Positions 39,729 to 52,149 of a stretch of 64,000 nt of DNA are shown here, one piece after another. The notes under the pieces are model-generated. The model did not search any database, was not told the DNA's origin, and saw only the letters and a list, made by a program, of their open reading frames with translations. The number at the start of each line of letters is the position of its first letter. Position 1 is the first letter of the stretch. Origin of the DNA: Octopus vulgaris (Eukaryota); the NCBI GenBank assembly GCA_951406725.2, contig OX597833.1, positions 54,064,001 through 54,128,000 on the forward strand. The letters are read 5' to 3'. A program made the position numbers and the translations under genes.

Positions 39729-40639
39729 TTTATCATGTTTTGGAGCCAAAATTTTAGTCTCATGATGCTCTGTGGTCACTTCGATATCTGATGTGCAGTG
39801 GCCCAGCAACAAAATTTGCTAAGGGGGTGCAAACCCAGGTCCTAATTTTTTAATGTAAAATGTGGATTTTTCCAATGTTAACATTAAAACAAATGCAGGT
39901 ATAATAATAATTTTTATTACTATGAGGGCCAGCTGAACTCTTCTACTTGTTTCTGTGATTCGACTGCAGCCATGCTGGAGCAACACCTTGACGGGATTTT
40001 CGTCAAACTAATTGAACCTAGGACTTATATTTCAAGCCTAGTACTTACTATATCACTCTTTTTCTGCTGAACCGCTCAGTCACAGGGACTTAAACACACC
40101 AGTTGTCAAGACACAAGGGGAGATGCAAACAGCAAGGGTGGGACAAACAGATACAAACACACACATCCATAGCAGTGGCCCAGCAACAAAATTTGCTAAG
40201 GGGGTGCAAACCCAGGTCCTAATTTTTTTATGAAAAATGTGGATTTTTTCCAATGTTAACATTAAAACAAATGCAGGTATAATAATTTTTATTATTATGA
40301 GGGTCGGCTGAAATGTTCATAATCTGAGCAAGACACTCTCAATGGAATGTGACCAAATGAAGTTCATTTTCTAACATAGTTCCTCTTACTGTCTACACAC
40401 TTCCATAAGAGTGTGTTCTCAAGAAAAAAACCTAGCGAACACCAAAACACTCTTTGTGGTAAGACTATTTGACGTCTATTTCTAGCGTATAGGATTCTAC
40501 TTTAGTGGTCATTTCTCTTATTAATTGTAATATAATTTTTAAATCTTCAGATTTTTTTGAATATGCTAGACCACTGGTTTAAATTGATGTTAATTAATTG
40601 ATATCAATTTCTACCCTTAGTATTTTAATATATATATAT

Positions 40640-41114
40640 ATCATCATCATTCTCATCATCATTTAACGTCTGCTTTCCATGCTAGCATGGGTTGGACGAT
40701 TTGATTGAGGACTGGTGAACCAGATGGCTGTGCCAGGCTCCAATCTGATCTGGCAGAGTTTCTACAGCTGGATGCCCTTCCTAACACCAACCACTCTGAG
40801 AGTGTAGTGGGTGCTTTTACGTGTCACCGGCATGGGGGCCAGTCAGGCAGTACTGGCAATGACCTTGCTCAAATCTTTTTACACGTGCCACCGGCACAGG
40901 TGCCAGATGAGGCTGGCAATGGCTATGATCGGTTAGTGCTTTTTACGTGCCACCAGCACAGAAGCCAGTCAAGGTGGCGCTGGCATCGGCCACATTCAGA
41001 TGGTGCTTTTTACATGCCACTGGCACAGGTATCACAGCTACAATTTCCATTTGATTTTTTGATGTTGATGTACTTGACTCAATAGGTCTCCTCAAGCACA
41101 GTGTGTGTATATAT

Positions 41115-41152
<38 letters not shown>

Positions 41153-41360
41153 TTAACGTTCGCTTTCCATGCTAGCATGGGTTGGACGATTTGACGGAGG
41201 ACTGGTGAACCAGATGGCTGTGCCAGGCTCCAATCTGATCCGGCAGAGTTTCTACAGCTGGATGCCCTTCCAAACACCACCCACTCTGAGAGTGTAGTGG
41301 GTGCTTTTACGTGCCACCGGCACGGGGGGCCAGTCAGGCAGTACTGGCGACGGCCACGAA
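40640..41360 (-). mobile_element. Two tandem RTE 3'UTR fragments
   Basis: (ATC)n tails followed by ttaacgt..gctttccatgctagcatgggttgg.. Confidence 0.8.
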
Positions 41361-42274
41361 AAAATCATGTGTGTGTGTGTAGGTAGGGGGGTGCCCATTT
41401 TCCATGCTGGCATATGTACAACAAGCTTCTTCGCTGTCTCCGTTTACTAAATTCTGCTGAAACAGCATTGGTTGGCCAAAAATTATGATAGATAACACTT
41501 TTCCCTGGCTCTGAGCTCTGCCACATAACTGTGAGCCAAATGGTTACAAAGCATTCTTTTTCACTGCAAAGCCATGTCCTTTTAATGATGAGTATATTAA
41601 TAATACAATCTGACAGATATAATAAAAATAATAATAATAAAAAATACAGAAAACTATAACCAATTTTTCTATGTAATCAGATTTACAAATAAATCTATAA
41701 TAACATATTTGCTTTTAATTTAAAAATAAGGAAGTTTTTTTAAAAAAAAAAACGAAATAATTAAAATATAAGATATTATCTGCTAATCAAAAAGTTCCAT
41801 ACACAAAGTCAAGAATTTTTAATTGGGTATAATAAAATACTGCATTGTTGTTGCTGTTGTTATTGTTGTGTTGCTGTTGTTGTTGTTGTTGCTGCTGCTG
41901 TTGTTGCTGCTGTTGTTGCTGTTGTTGTTGTTGTTGTTTTGCCCTAGGTCAGGCTTGCTTGTTGTCTTGAAATTACTTGGATAACCAATGCTCGGCTAAT
42001 GAAACTCCGGATGGATTAAACCCGTGACATTTAAGTAGCCGGTCGAGTAAATAGATGCGAGTCACTAATCTATGATCATCAGCATCGTCATCATCGTCAT
42101 CATCATCACCATCATCATCATCATTGTCATTGCCATCATCATCTTCATTTTACAAGAAGGGTGCTGCAAAGTTCCTGTCTTGGATTAAAAGAAAATACAG
42201 GAGGATTAGTTAATCCTGGTTCTCTTATATGAACAAATTCATTCTTATTGCGCTGTGAACGACAGATTTGGTGT

Positions 42275-42321
42275 TCATAACTGATGAAGCAAAAGGACGC
42301 AGAAATGCATGTGTCCTATAA
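42275..42321 (+). ncRNA. Type-I hammerhead-like motif (family H, copy 1)
   Basis: TCATAA-CTGATGA-aGC aaaaggac GCa-GAAA-TGC AT GTG-TC-ctataa; GUC site, stem I imperfect in this copy. Confidence 0.5.
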
Positions 42322-42546
42322 TCCAGTGACATCATTTACAATGCAGTGTGTTTTGACACATGTCGTCTAGGAGGAGAAATTTTTTCTCAGAACTATTTCT
42401 GCCCCTGGAGGTCTGCCCACATTTCAGTGTGTTCAAACATGAAAGATATGAAGTTAAATGGTGCTTCTCCCTGGTGAACCAGACTGTACTCAGTTATTTT
42501 CTGCAACATCATCAGAGTAACAAAACCATTTACAGTTCTGATATAC

Positions 42547-42768
42547 TCTTTCTCTCTTTTACTCTTTTACTTGTTTCAGTCATTTGACTGCGGCCATGCT
42601 GGAGCACCGCCTTTAGTCGAGCAAATCAACCCTGGGACTTATTCTTTGTAAGCCCAGTACTTATTCTATCGGTCTCTTTTGCTGAACCGCTAAGTGACGG
42701 GGACGTAAACACACCAGCATTGGTTGTCAAGCAATGCTAGAGGGACAAACACAGACACACAAACATAT

Positions 42769-42801
<33 letters not shown>

Positions 42802-42963
42802 CATATATACGACAGGCTTCTTTCAGTTTCCGTCTACCAAATCCACTCACAAGGCTTTGGTCAGCCCGAGGCTATAGAAGAAGACACTTGCCCAAGATGC
42901 CACGCAGTGGAACTGAACCCGGAACCATGTGGTTGGTTAGCAAGCTACTTACCACACAGCCAC
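42547..42963 (-). mobile_element. Full-length SINE family A
   Basis: Homology to 8827-9228. Confidence 0.9.
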
Positions 42964-43001
42964 AAATTCATTCTTATTGCGCTGTGAATGACAGATTTTG
43001 T

Positions 43002-43052
43002 GTTCATAACTGATGAAGCAAAATGATGCAGAAATGCATGTGTTTTATGAGC
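43002..43052 (+). ncRNA. Type-I hammerhead-like motif (family H, copy 2)
   Basis: GTTCATAA-CTGATGA-aGC aaaatgat GCa-GAAA-TGC AT GTG-TT-TTATGAGC; 8-bp stem I, A.A at 10.1-11.1. Confidence 0.6.
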
Positions 43053-43727
43053 CAATGATATTGCTTACAGTCCAGCATGTTTTAACATGAAATTTCTCTC
43101 AGAACTATTTCTGCTGTTGAAGGTCTACCCACACTTCAGTGTGTTCAAACATAAATGAATTTAATTCCTCAAACATGAAAGATATGAAGTTAATACTTGA
43201 AAATAACATTAGAAACAAAATTACACTTTTTCTCTGGTGAACCAGACTGTACTATACCCAGTTATTTTCTGTAATATCAACAGAGTGACAAAGCATAAAG
43301 ACATAAAGACAAGACTACTAGACGCAGACTTCCCATTCAACTTACAACACCTTCAGAGCAGGTGTAAAGCATATGTTCTAGGTGTGCTTTATACCACCAA
43401 AATTGGTAAATTTTCTTTTAAATACTTTTGTTCTTGCAGTAGCATGATATAATCTAGTAGTAATTTGTTTTCATATCTACCAATTCACACTCTAAAACAT
43501 GATTAAATCAGCTTAAAATCGTATGATGTCTAGGAATAGCCTGAAGTTTGGTAAGTTCGTTTTTTGAGCAGCATAAATGTGGCTCTGTGCTAAGAAGTTT
43601 ACTTACCAACCACATTGTTTCTGGTTCAGTCCCACTGTGCGGCACCTTGGGTGTCTTCTGCTACAGCCCCAAGCCAACCAAAGCCTTGTGAGTGGATTTG
43701 GTAGGTGGAAATTGAAAGAAGCTCATC

Positions 43728-43758
<31 letters not shown>

Positions 43759-44284
43759 TGTATGTATGTATGTATGTATGTATGTATGTATGTATGTATA
43801 TATCTCTTATATAAAATCTGTTGTCTGTGTGTGTGAGTGTGTGTGTGTGTGTGTGTGTGTCTTCTCGGATCTTGGGCATCCTCCATCCGATTGCACTCAA
43901 ATTTGATATGTAGATACTGACGGTATCAAGGCGTGTATAAGTCATGAAAAAATCACAAAAATCGATTCCAGGTGAGAATGCAATCGATAAAGCCATTTTT
44001 GTCCTGCTTTTCTTCCATCAACCTGTACATAACTGCACCTTCCACTATATATTTAAAATTTATAAGTTTAAATTATTTAAATAATTTTTAAAATTTTAAC
44101 TTCTATATTTTTAAATTAATTTTATGTATTGGCTTATGTTTTTCACTGTTTGATTTGCATAATAGTGGTTTTATCTCTAATTTAAAATAATATAATATAA
44201 TATATCTATACTATAAAATTGGATTTAATCCTATATCTAATTTTTCCCTGTAAGTTTGGATTTATTCCCTAATATTATTATTAT

Positions 44285-44329
<45 letters not shown>

Positions 44330-44414
44330 TACTGTTTCATGATAGAAAGATCAACAAAAAGCGTACTCCATCTGGTAAGAGATAAATATTGTTTAATAGA
44401 TGCAGTTTATGATT

Positions 44415-44475
44415 TTATGCTGTACTAAAAGTTTCATATGTTGAGAAATACCTCAAACATATTCATCAGACACAA
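44415..44475 (-). ncRNA. Type-I hammerhead ribozyme (family D), imperfect stem I junction
   Basis: Minus: TTGTGT-CTGATGA-ATATGT t TGAG gtattt CTCA ACATAT-GAAA-CT ttt AG-TA-ca GCATAA; 10-bp stem II. Confidence 0.6.
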
Positions 44476-44702
44476 GACACATATCATATGATATGTGGTT
44501 TGTGCTGCCAAAAGGATGAAAGGCAAAGTTAACCTTAAACTCAGAATGTAACAACAGACAAAATGTTGCCAAACATTTCGCTCAGCATGCAAACAATTCT
44601 GCCAGCTAACCACCTTAATAATATGATGATGATGATGATGATGATGATGATCATCATCATCATCATCATAATAAAAATAACAACAACAACAGCAGCAGCA
44701 GC

Positions 44703-44741
<39 letters not shown>

Positions 44742-44813
44742 AATAATATGTAATAATAATAATAGTAATAATGATAGTAATAATGATAATAATAATAATA
44801 ATAATAATAATAA

Positions 44814-45655
44814 ATGCCCTGATGCAGTACCATGCACTGGCTCCCATGGCTTCTGATCTTAACTGATTGGCAGAGTTATCATCTACATGTTTTGTCTTGG
44901 TATAAAAGATGGGCTACAGCAAATACTCTGCTCAATACCACAGATTTGCTTGACAGTTGTTTGATCTTAACCAGTTGAGCATGTCCTTTGGTAGCTTGAT
45001 GATGTGTGCATTTCTGATCATGAGCAGAAGTAGAGCTGAGAGGAATTCTTTGGAGTTTGAGTAATTCACTTCTGGAAACGTGTTTCATTCAACATCCTTA
45101 AACAACCCTTATTCAGGGATCTTTTGAGTGTGATGGGCTACTGAACCTGAAGAAAAAATTCTAACTGGGCCCCATCTGCAAAGTCATGTGCTGTTTATCA
45201 CCATGTCACGCACATATGGTTGTAATGCATGTGCTAGGTATATCCTTATCAGTGAAAAGCCAAAATTAGAGGCATTTAACTGTTAATTAAAAAACTGAAA
45301 TATTTATTTCTTCACTGACCAAAGGCGATGAGCTGGTAGAAACGTTAGCACACTGGGCGAAATGCGTAGCCGTATTTCGTCTGCTGTTACGTTCTGAGTT
45401 CAAATTCTGCCTAGGTTGACTTTGCCTTTCATCCTTTCGGGGTCGATAAATTAAGTACCAGTTATGCACTGGTGCCGATGTAATCGACTTAATCCGTTTG
45501 TCTGTCCTTGTTTGTCCCCTCTGTGTTTAGCCCCTTGTGGGAAGTAAAGAAATAGGTGTACCCTTATCAGACAAGTAGTCATTATGGGTATGCTGGGCTT
45601 CGTATATTTGTACCCCAGTGTCACTTTGATGGCATGCACTGCTCTCTCACTCAAT
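44814..45655 (+). mobile_element. Second copy of the (TAA)n-embedded element, interrupted by an insertion containing SINE B (45320-45555)
   Basis: Reverse complement of 11997-12553; (TAA)n flanks. Confidence 0.75.
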
Positions 45656-45668
45656 AATAATAATAATG

Positions 45669-45714
<46 letters not shown>

Positions 45715-45998
45715 TAATAATAATAATAATTACATGATGCAGTGGCTCTCATGGCTTCTGATCTTAACTGATTGGAAGTGCTATCATGGTTTCACATTTT
45801 GGCACAAAGCCAGCAATTTCAGGAGAGAGGCTAAGTCAATTACACCAGCCCCAGTATTCAGCTGGTACTTACTACTTTACTCATCCCACCAAAAGTCGAC
45901 CTTGGTGGAATTTAAATGACAGACGAAATGGCATCAAACATTTTGCCTAGCTTTCAAATGATTTTGCCAGCACACCACCTTAATAGCTGTATATATAT

Positions 45999-46091
<93 letters not shown>

Positions 46092-46745
46092 GATACTTAT
46101 TCTTTCAGGGCTGTAATTTATTCAGTTTTTTTTTTTATCAGTTAATGATTTATGCTTCAAAAAAAAAAAGAAAATGAAGAAGAATTGAATGAGAACATTT
46201 GAAGATTCTGTGTTAATGAATTACATGGCTTTGTTATTCATTTCTTATGGATTATTGAAATCCATATTGCCACATGTGTTAACATAATCAATAACAAGTA
46301 GAAACGATTTTTATGCCTACCGTAGCTTATATGACAGAATCAAAGATTTTACAATGGAATGCCTTGTATATTGTTGTAGTAATTGTTATTGCTGTTGTTG
46401 TTGTTGTTGATGTTGTAGTTGTTGTTGTTGTGGTTGTTATTGTTATTGTTGTTGTGTTGTTTTGTTAGACTCGTCAGCCATCAAACTGACAAAATACCAG
46501 ACCCAACCCTAACACAAGATATTATGAGAGAAATAAAATTTATTGCCGCTCCTTCCTGCTCTTCGTTAATGAGCAGACAAAAAAAAGCTGGCATGGCCCG
46601 TGTGGTTAAGAAGCTTGTTTTGTAACCATATTGTTTCAGGTTCAGTCCTACGGTGTGGCACCTTGGGGTAAACTGTCTTCTATTATAAACACCAGGCCAA
46701 TTAAGGCCTCGTGAGTGACTTTGGCTGACAGAAACTGTATGGAAG

Positions 46746-47157
46746 GCGGTGAGCTGGCAGAAATGTTAGCATGCTGGGCATAAAGCTTAGCGGTATTTTG
46801 TCTGCTGTTATGTTCTGAGTTCAAATTCCCGCTGAGGTCGACTTTGCTTTTCATCCTTTCAGGGTCGATTAAATAAGTACCAGTTACGCACTGGGGTCAA
46901 TGTAATCGACTTAATCAGTTTGTCTGTCCTTGTTTGTCCCCTTTGTGTTTAGCCCCTTGTGGGCAATAAAGAAATAGGTATTTCACCTGTCGCTACGTTC
47001 TGAGTTCAAATTCTGCCGAGGTCGACTTTGCCTTTCATCCTTTCAGGGTCGATAAATTAACCAGTTATGCACCGGGGTCGATGTAATTGACTTGATTCCT
47101 TTGTCTGTCCTTGTTTGTCCTCTCTGTGTTTGGCCCCTTGTGGGCAATAAAGAAATA
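46746..47157 (+). mobile_element. SINE B dimer inserted in a SINE A copy (~46590-47540), 16-bp TSD agaaactgtatggaag
   Basis: TSD at 46730-46745 and 47158-47173 brackets two body units. Confidence 0.85.
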
Positions 47158-47180
47158 AGAAACTGTATGGAAGTCCAGCA

Positions 47181-47213
<33 letters not shown>

Positions 47214-47747
47214 ACGTATTGTGTGCACGTATTTGTGTATGTATGTATGAATGTATGTATGCACGTATGTATGTATATATGTGCATGTGTATGTGTGTGT
47301 GTGTGTGCGTGTGTGTGTGTATGCATCTCTGTGCCTACACTACTTAACAACCAGTTAAGTAGTGTTTACATCATCCCCATAACTTAACAGTTCAGCAAAA
47401 GACACTGATAAATAAGAAACAGGTTTAAAACAAACAAACAACAAAAAAATACTAGTGTCAATTCATTTGACTAAAAAATTCTTCAAGGTAGTGCCCCAGC
47501 ATGGCCAAAGTCTAATGAGTGGAACAAATAAAAGACAATAGATAATACTCCTTTGTCTGGTGAATTTATGGAAAATAAGGAAACGGTAAAGGCTGTTTCC
47601 ACTTTTACATGGCTGTTCTATGCAGAACAAATGTTACAATATTTTAACCCCAGAAAAACATCTTTTCCCACAGGCTAACAACACACAACTTGTGTCTGTT
47701 TTATTGAGAGCAAGGGAGCGAACAACTCCCACTCTAGCCAAGCAAAA

Positions 47748-47788
47748 CCAGTAGACTAGATTCTGGGTTCCTTTCCATCCTCAGTACG
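47748..47788 (-). ncRNA. Type-I hammerhead (family E, left arm)
   Basis: Minus: cGTA-CTGAGGA-TGG aaaggaac CCA-GAAT-CTAG-TC-TACTGG; palindromic CTAG stem III, A15.1->U. Confidence 0.55.
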
Positions 47789-47927
47789 AGACGTTTGCCT
47801 GCTAGAAATGACAGCTATTTGTCCTTGCTTGCAATATATATATTTCTTTACTACCCACAAGGGGCTAAACACAGAGGGGACAAGCAAGGACAGATAAACA
47901 GATCGGGCTGTAAATAATGTCACTGGA

Positions 47928-47974
47928 TTATAGGACACATGCATTTCTGCGTCATTTTGCTTCATCAGTTATGA
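47928..47974 (-). ncRNA. Type-I hammerhead-like motif (family H, copy 3)
   Basis: Reverse complement of 42275-42321. Confidence 0.5.
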
Positions 47975-48021
47975 ACATCAAATCTGTCATTCACAACGCA
48001 ATTAGAACGAGTTTGATCTTA

Positions 48022-48625
48022 TATATTTCTTTACTACCCTCAAGGGGCTAAATACAGAGGAGACAAACAGGGACAGACAAACGGATTAAGTCGATTACAT
48101 CGACCCCAGTGTGTAACTGGTACTTAATTTATCGACCCCGAAAGGATAAAAGGCAAAGTCGACCTCGGCGGAATTTGAACTCAGAACGTAACGGCAGGCG
48201 AAATACCTATTTCTTTATTGCCCACAGGGGGCTAAACACAGAGGGGACAAACAAAGACAGACAAACGGATTAAGTTGACTACATCAACCCCAGTGCATAA
48301 CTGGTATTTAATTTATCGACCCCGAAAGGATGAAAGGCAAAGTCGACCTCGGCGGAATTTGAACTCAGAACGTAACGGCAGGCGAAATACCAATTTCTTT
48401 ATTGCCCACAAGGGGCTAAACACAGAGGGAACAAACAAGGACAAACAAACGGATTAAGTCGATTATATCGACCCCAGTGCATAACTGGTACTTTATTTAT
48501 CGACCCCGGAAAGATGAAAGGCAAAGTCGACCTCGGCGGAATTTGAAGTCAGAATGTAATGGCAGACGAAATACGGCTACGCATTTTGCCAGACGTGCTA
48601 ACGTTTCTGCCAGCTCACCGCCTTG
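48022..48625 (-). mobile_element. SINE family B tandem trimer
   Basis: Three ~185-bp units with one head. Confidence 0.9.
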
Positions 48626-48958
48626 CTTACAATATATTGGGCGAATAACTGCCATCTCTATATAGCTGCGACTATCGGTTGTTGATTTTGTAACAAGCTA
48701 AAGTAGCCAGTGTTAAATCTCTGAGAGAAATTCGCATAGTAACAGAACTAAACGGTAAAGGCTGTTACGACTTTTACATGGCCATTCTATGCAGAACAAA
48801 TGTTACTAGAGATGGCAGCTATTTATCCAATGGGAATCTCTTTCAGAGATTTAAAACCAGCTATTTTAATTTGTTAGAAGATCAGCACCCGATAGTCGCT
48901 TCTTTATTTATACATTGCGAGCAAGGATGAATAGCTGTCATTTCTAGCAGGCAAACCT

Positions 48959-49003
48959 CCAGTACTGAGGATTGGAAGAAACCCAGAAAAAAAGGTATAC
49001 TGG
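48959..49003 (+). ncRNA. Type-I hammerhead (family E, right arm)
   Basis: CCAGTA-CTGAGGA-tTGG aagaaac CCA-GAAA-aaaagG-TA-TACTGG; perfect 6-bp stem I, decayed stem III. Confidence 0.6.
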
Positions 49004-49635
49004 TTTTGCTTTGCTGGAGTGGGAGTTGTTCGCTCTCTTGCTCTCAATAAAACAGACACAGGTTGTGTGTTGTTAGCCTGTGGGAAAAGATGTTTTCCTG
49101 GGTTTAAAATATAGACTCAAAAACTGAAATTTTGTGTGGAGGGGGTCTGGTTGATTATATCAACTCCAACGCTTCATGGATAAATATTTTATTGACCCTA
49201 AAAGGATGAAAGACAAAATCGACCTCAGGGATATTTGAACACAGAACATAAAGACAGATAAAATTCTTTTCAACATTTTGTCTGGCATACAACATTTTGT
49301 CTGGTACCCTAAATTCTTTCTACTATAAGCACAAGGCCTAGAATTTTGGGGGAAGGGGCCAGTCGATTACATCGACTCTAGTGCTAAGCTGGTACTTATT
49401 TTATCAATTCTAAAAGGATGAATGGCTAAGTTGACCTTGGCAGAATTTGAACTCAGAACAAAAGGACTGAAGAAATTCTACTAAGCATTTCACCTGGTGT
49501 TTTAATGCTTCAGCTAGCTCACTGTTTTACTGCCAAGTAATATTAGTACAATTAGAATTTGATTGAAATTGGCAGTTCAGAGGAAATGTGAAAAGGTAAG
49601 AAGTCACACTGGTAAATAGTTATAAAAGAAAAAAA

Positions 49636-50057
49636 GGATCTTTTCGGTTTGAACGGCAGTTTTTTCTAGCGGTGTCATATGAAATTGTCACCCATAATTA
49701 TGACCCTAGTATCGATCTATTGCATTTCAATCTGTTTTAGGGTTAGGGTTGGTTAGGGGTGGAGGGAAGGGTATCTTTTTCTCTTCAGAAATGTAAATAA
49801 ACCCAATCTGTTTCTTAAATGAGGGACATATTCATATGGCACAGAATGTTTTTTACCTCAATAGACGTCATTGATTAGTTGAAATTGCAGAAATTGAAGA
49901 AAAAAAACAACTAATATCTTACAAACTATAGAATTTTCTCTATAAAGCCAAGAGAAAAAGATGTTTTATAAACACATTCTACCAGTATACGAAGTTTAAA
50001 AGTGTTTAGTTACGTGGAAATTATTGTAAAAAACTGCCTGTCAAACCGAAAAGATTC
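49636..50057. mobile_element. MITE with TIRs and internal TTAGGG units (copy 2)
   Basis: Highly similar to 24226-24643. Confidence 0.85.
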
Positions 50058-51574
50058 GAAAAAACTATACAACAAGGGCACTCAGAGAGTGCAAATGTCC
50101 ACCAAGGCAACACCAACGTCCTCTCAATGATTAGCCAGAGATTATTTTTAAAATGAGAATATCTGTAATAAACTCAACTGCTCTCATAAATGAGAATGCT
50201 AGAAATGAATCCAACCGCTCTAAAAAATTAAGTAAAAGAAACAGGAAAAATAATCCAGAATCCTTGTTTGGTACTGGATCGATCTCAAAATCTAATCAGC
50301 TTGTGCCAGTTATGAAACCAAGCATCCCTGAAAGTTTCATCCAGATCCATCCAGTGGTTCTTGAGATATCTTGTCCACAGACAAGCAAACATGACTAAAA
50401 ACACTTCCTCCACCTTCGCTAAGGCGGAGGTAATAATCAAAGAGTTTTAATATGGATCACAAGGAAGAGAGAGAGAGAGAGAGACTACGCATAAAATAAA
50501 TCTAGATTAGGACGGTTAGAATTTGACTGTCAACAACAGAACCAGGAAGTCGTAGTTTCAGAATAGAAATCAAAGAGAAGACACAGCTCAATAGAGATAT
50601 TGGTGAATGAAGAATTTGTCAATCAATCAGGTAGATCTAGGTTTTAGTTTTTGTTTGTTTTTTGTTTTTTGTTTTTTTGTTTTTTTTTTCTTCCTAGGTT
50701 TTGATTAGACTGTGTATAATGGAAATGCGTTAAAAATACAAACACTTGCAACAGGTTCAAACAAGAATTTCATGAATAATCGATTGGAAATAGTATTATC
50801 TATCAAAATTATCTCAATTTACTCTGATACTTCCAGAAGATTCTATATACAAGTGATATTCAAATTCAAAAAATATTAATACTTGATTATAAATATTTCT
50901 GCAACCTTTTGTTAATTTTTTTATTTAGTTATTTTTATCCATTTTATTTATTTTATTCTCTGTTTTTTTTTTTCTTACTCAACTAAGATCACTATGATTT
51001 TCTTGTCTTAGATAGATTCAACGCTGATTGACGTTCATGAGACCAATAATATAGATTTGATTAAACAAATAATCAATTTATTGGCTGTCCTATTTATTTA
51101 TTGATCTTCCGATGAGATCAAAATAGCATATATCTTTTCTTTTTTATATTTTACTTTTATTTTATTCCATTTTATTACTTTATTCCTTTTTCTTTTTTTG
51201 TCTCATGTCTCTAGCTGTTTGCCGCATCTCCTCTTGACCAAACTGCTTATGGAACTATGAAATAAACATCTTCCAAAAAAAGCTAGTTATTACATTAAAG
51301 AACATGCATGTTATTTCTCACTTTGTATCCTCGTTACAGGCTGGCAGAAGCTTTATGTTGACTTAATTAGAAGATACGCCAAAGAAGTTACAAGTATTTA
51401 CTCAAGTGAAAATCACAAAAGCCATTCGCAAAAGACCTCTTCAGATTTTATGATTTGTTTAAATCAATTCATAACAACAAGAGCTTAACCTCAAATATAC
51501 ATGTATATGTGCATGTATATGCATGTGTGTGTGTGTGTGTGTGTATGTGTGCGCACGTGTCTGTTTGTGTTTGT

Positions 51575-51750
51575 GTGAGGTGGTATCGAAAAGGTTTTAG
51601 ACTAGTTCTGTAGTGCACCAACAGATGGCAGCACACGACTTTCATGAGGCAGTGTGCTGAGTGACATTGCCGTGTTTACTTTGCAATTCGTGTGAAATTT
51701 GTGCCTTTGTGGTCATGTGTATACAGCAGTCTGTGATTTTACATTGGATA
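51575..51750 (+). mobile_element. Probable Tc1/mariner-type terminal fragment
   Basis: gaggtggtatcgaaaaggttttagact..caccaacagatggcagcac resembles mariner 5' ends (from memory). Confidence 0.4.
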
Positions 51751-51891
51751 GGAACATTGGATAGCTAGCTAGATAAATAGATAGATAAGAAGGCAATTAG
51801 ATTGATGGATAGATAGATAGCGATGTAAATATAGTACGTTTATATATTTGTTGTGCAAGATTTTTTATGTGAAGTCGTGTGTTGAAACAGA

Positions 51892-52149
51892 TATTGTTAT
51901 ATTTCGGAATGGTCATTTTGCCAGTTTAGCCAATAAAAACACACTCACTATATATTTGGTGTTACTTTGCTTCAGTGTTATTTATTTTTTACATTAATCT
52001 TAATCTTAATCTTAATCTTATTTCGGCTGAAATAAGATTAAGAGTAATGTAAAAAATAAATAACACTGAAGCAAAGTAACACCAAATATACAGTGCGTGT
52101 GTTTTTATTGGCTAAACTGGCAAAATGACCATTCCGAAATATAACAATA
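51892..52149. repeat. Near-perfect ~258-bp palindrome (foldback)
   Basis: tattgttatatttcggaatggtc..ttattt-cggctg-aaataa..gaccattccgaaatataacaata. Confidence 0.92.

Larger units (their letters stand above)
47640..49110. mobile_element. Penelope-like element with ~190-bp inverted arms (47640-47835 / 48914-49110), each carrying a hammerhead
   Basis: Arms are reverse complements; interior has nested SINE B array and family H fragment. Confidence 0.6.

Noticed and set aside
40495-40560. Minus-strand CTGAAGA..GAAA TGACCAC TA
   Set aside because: No stem I pairing
41990-42062. CTCGG CTAATGA..GAGT AAA..CGAG hammerhead-like relic
   Set aside because: G5 and G12 missing and cleavage site is G
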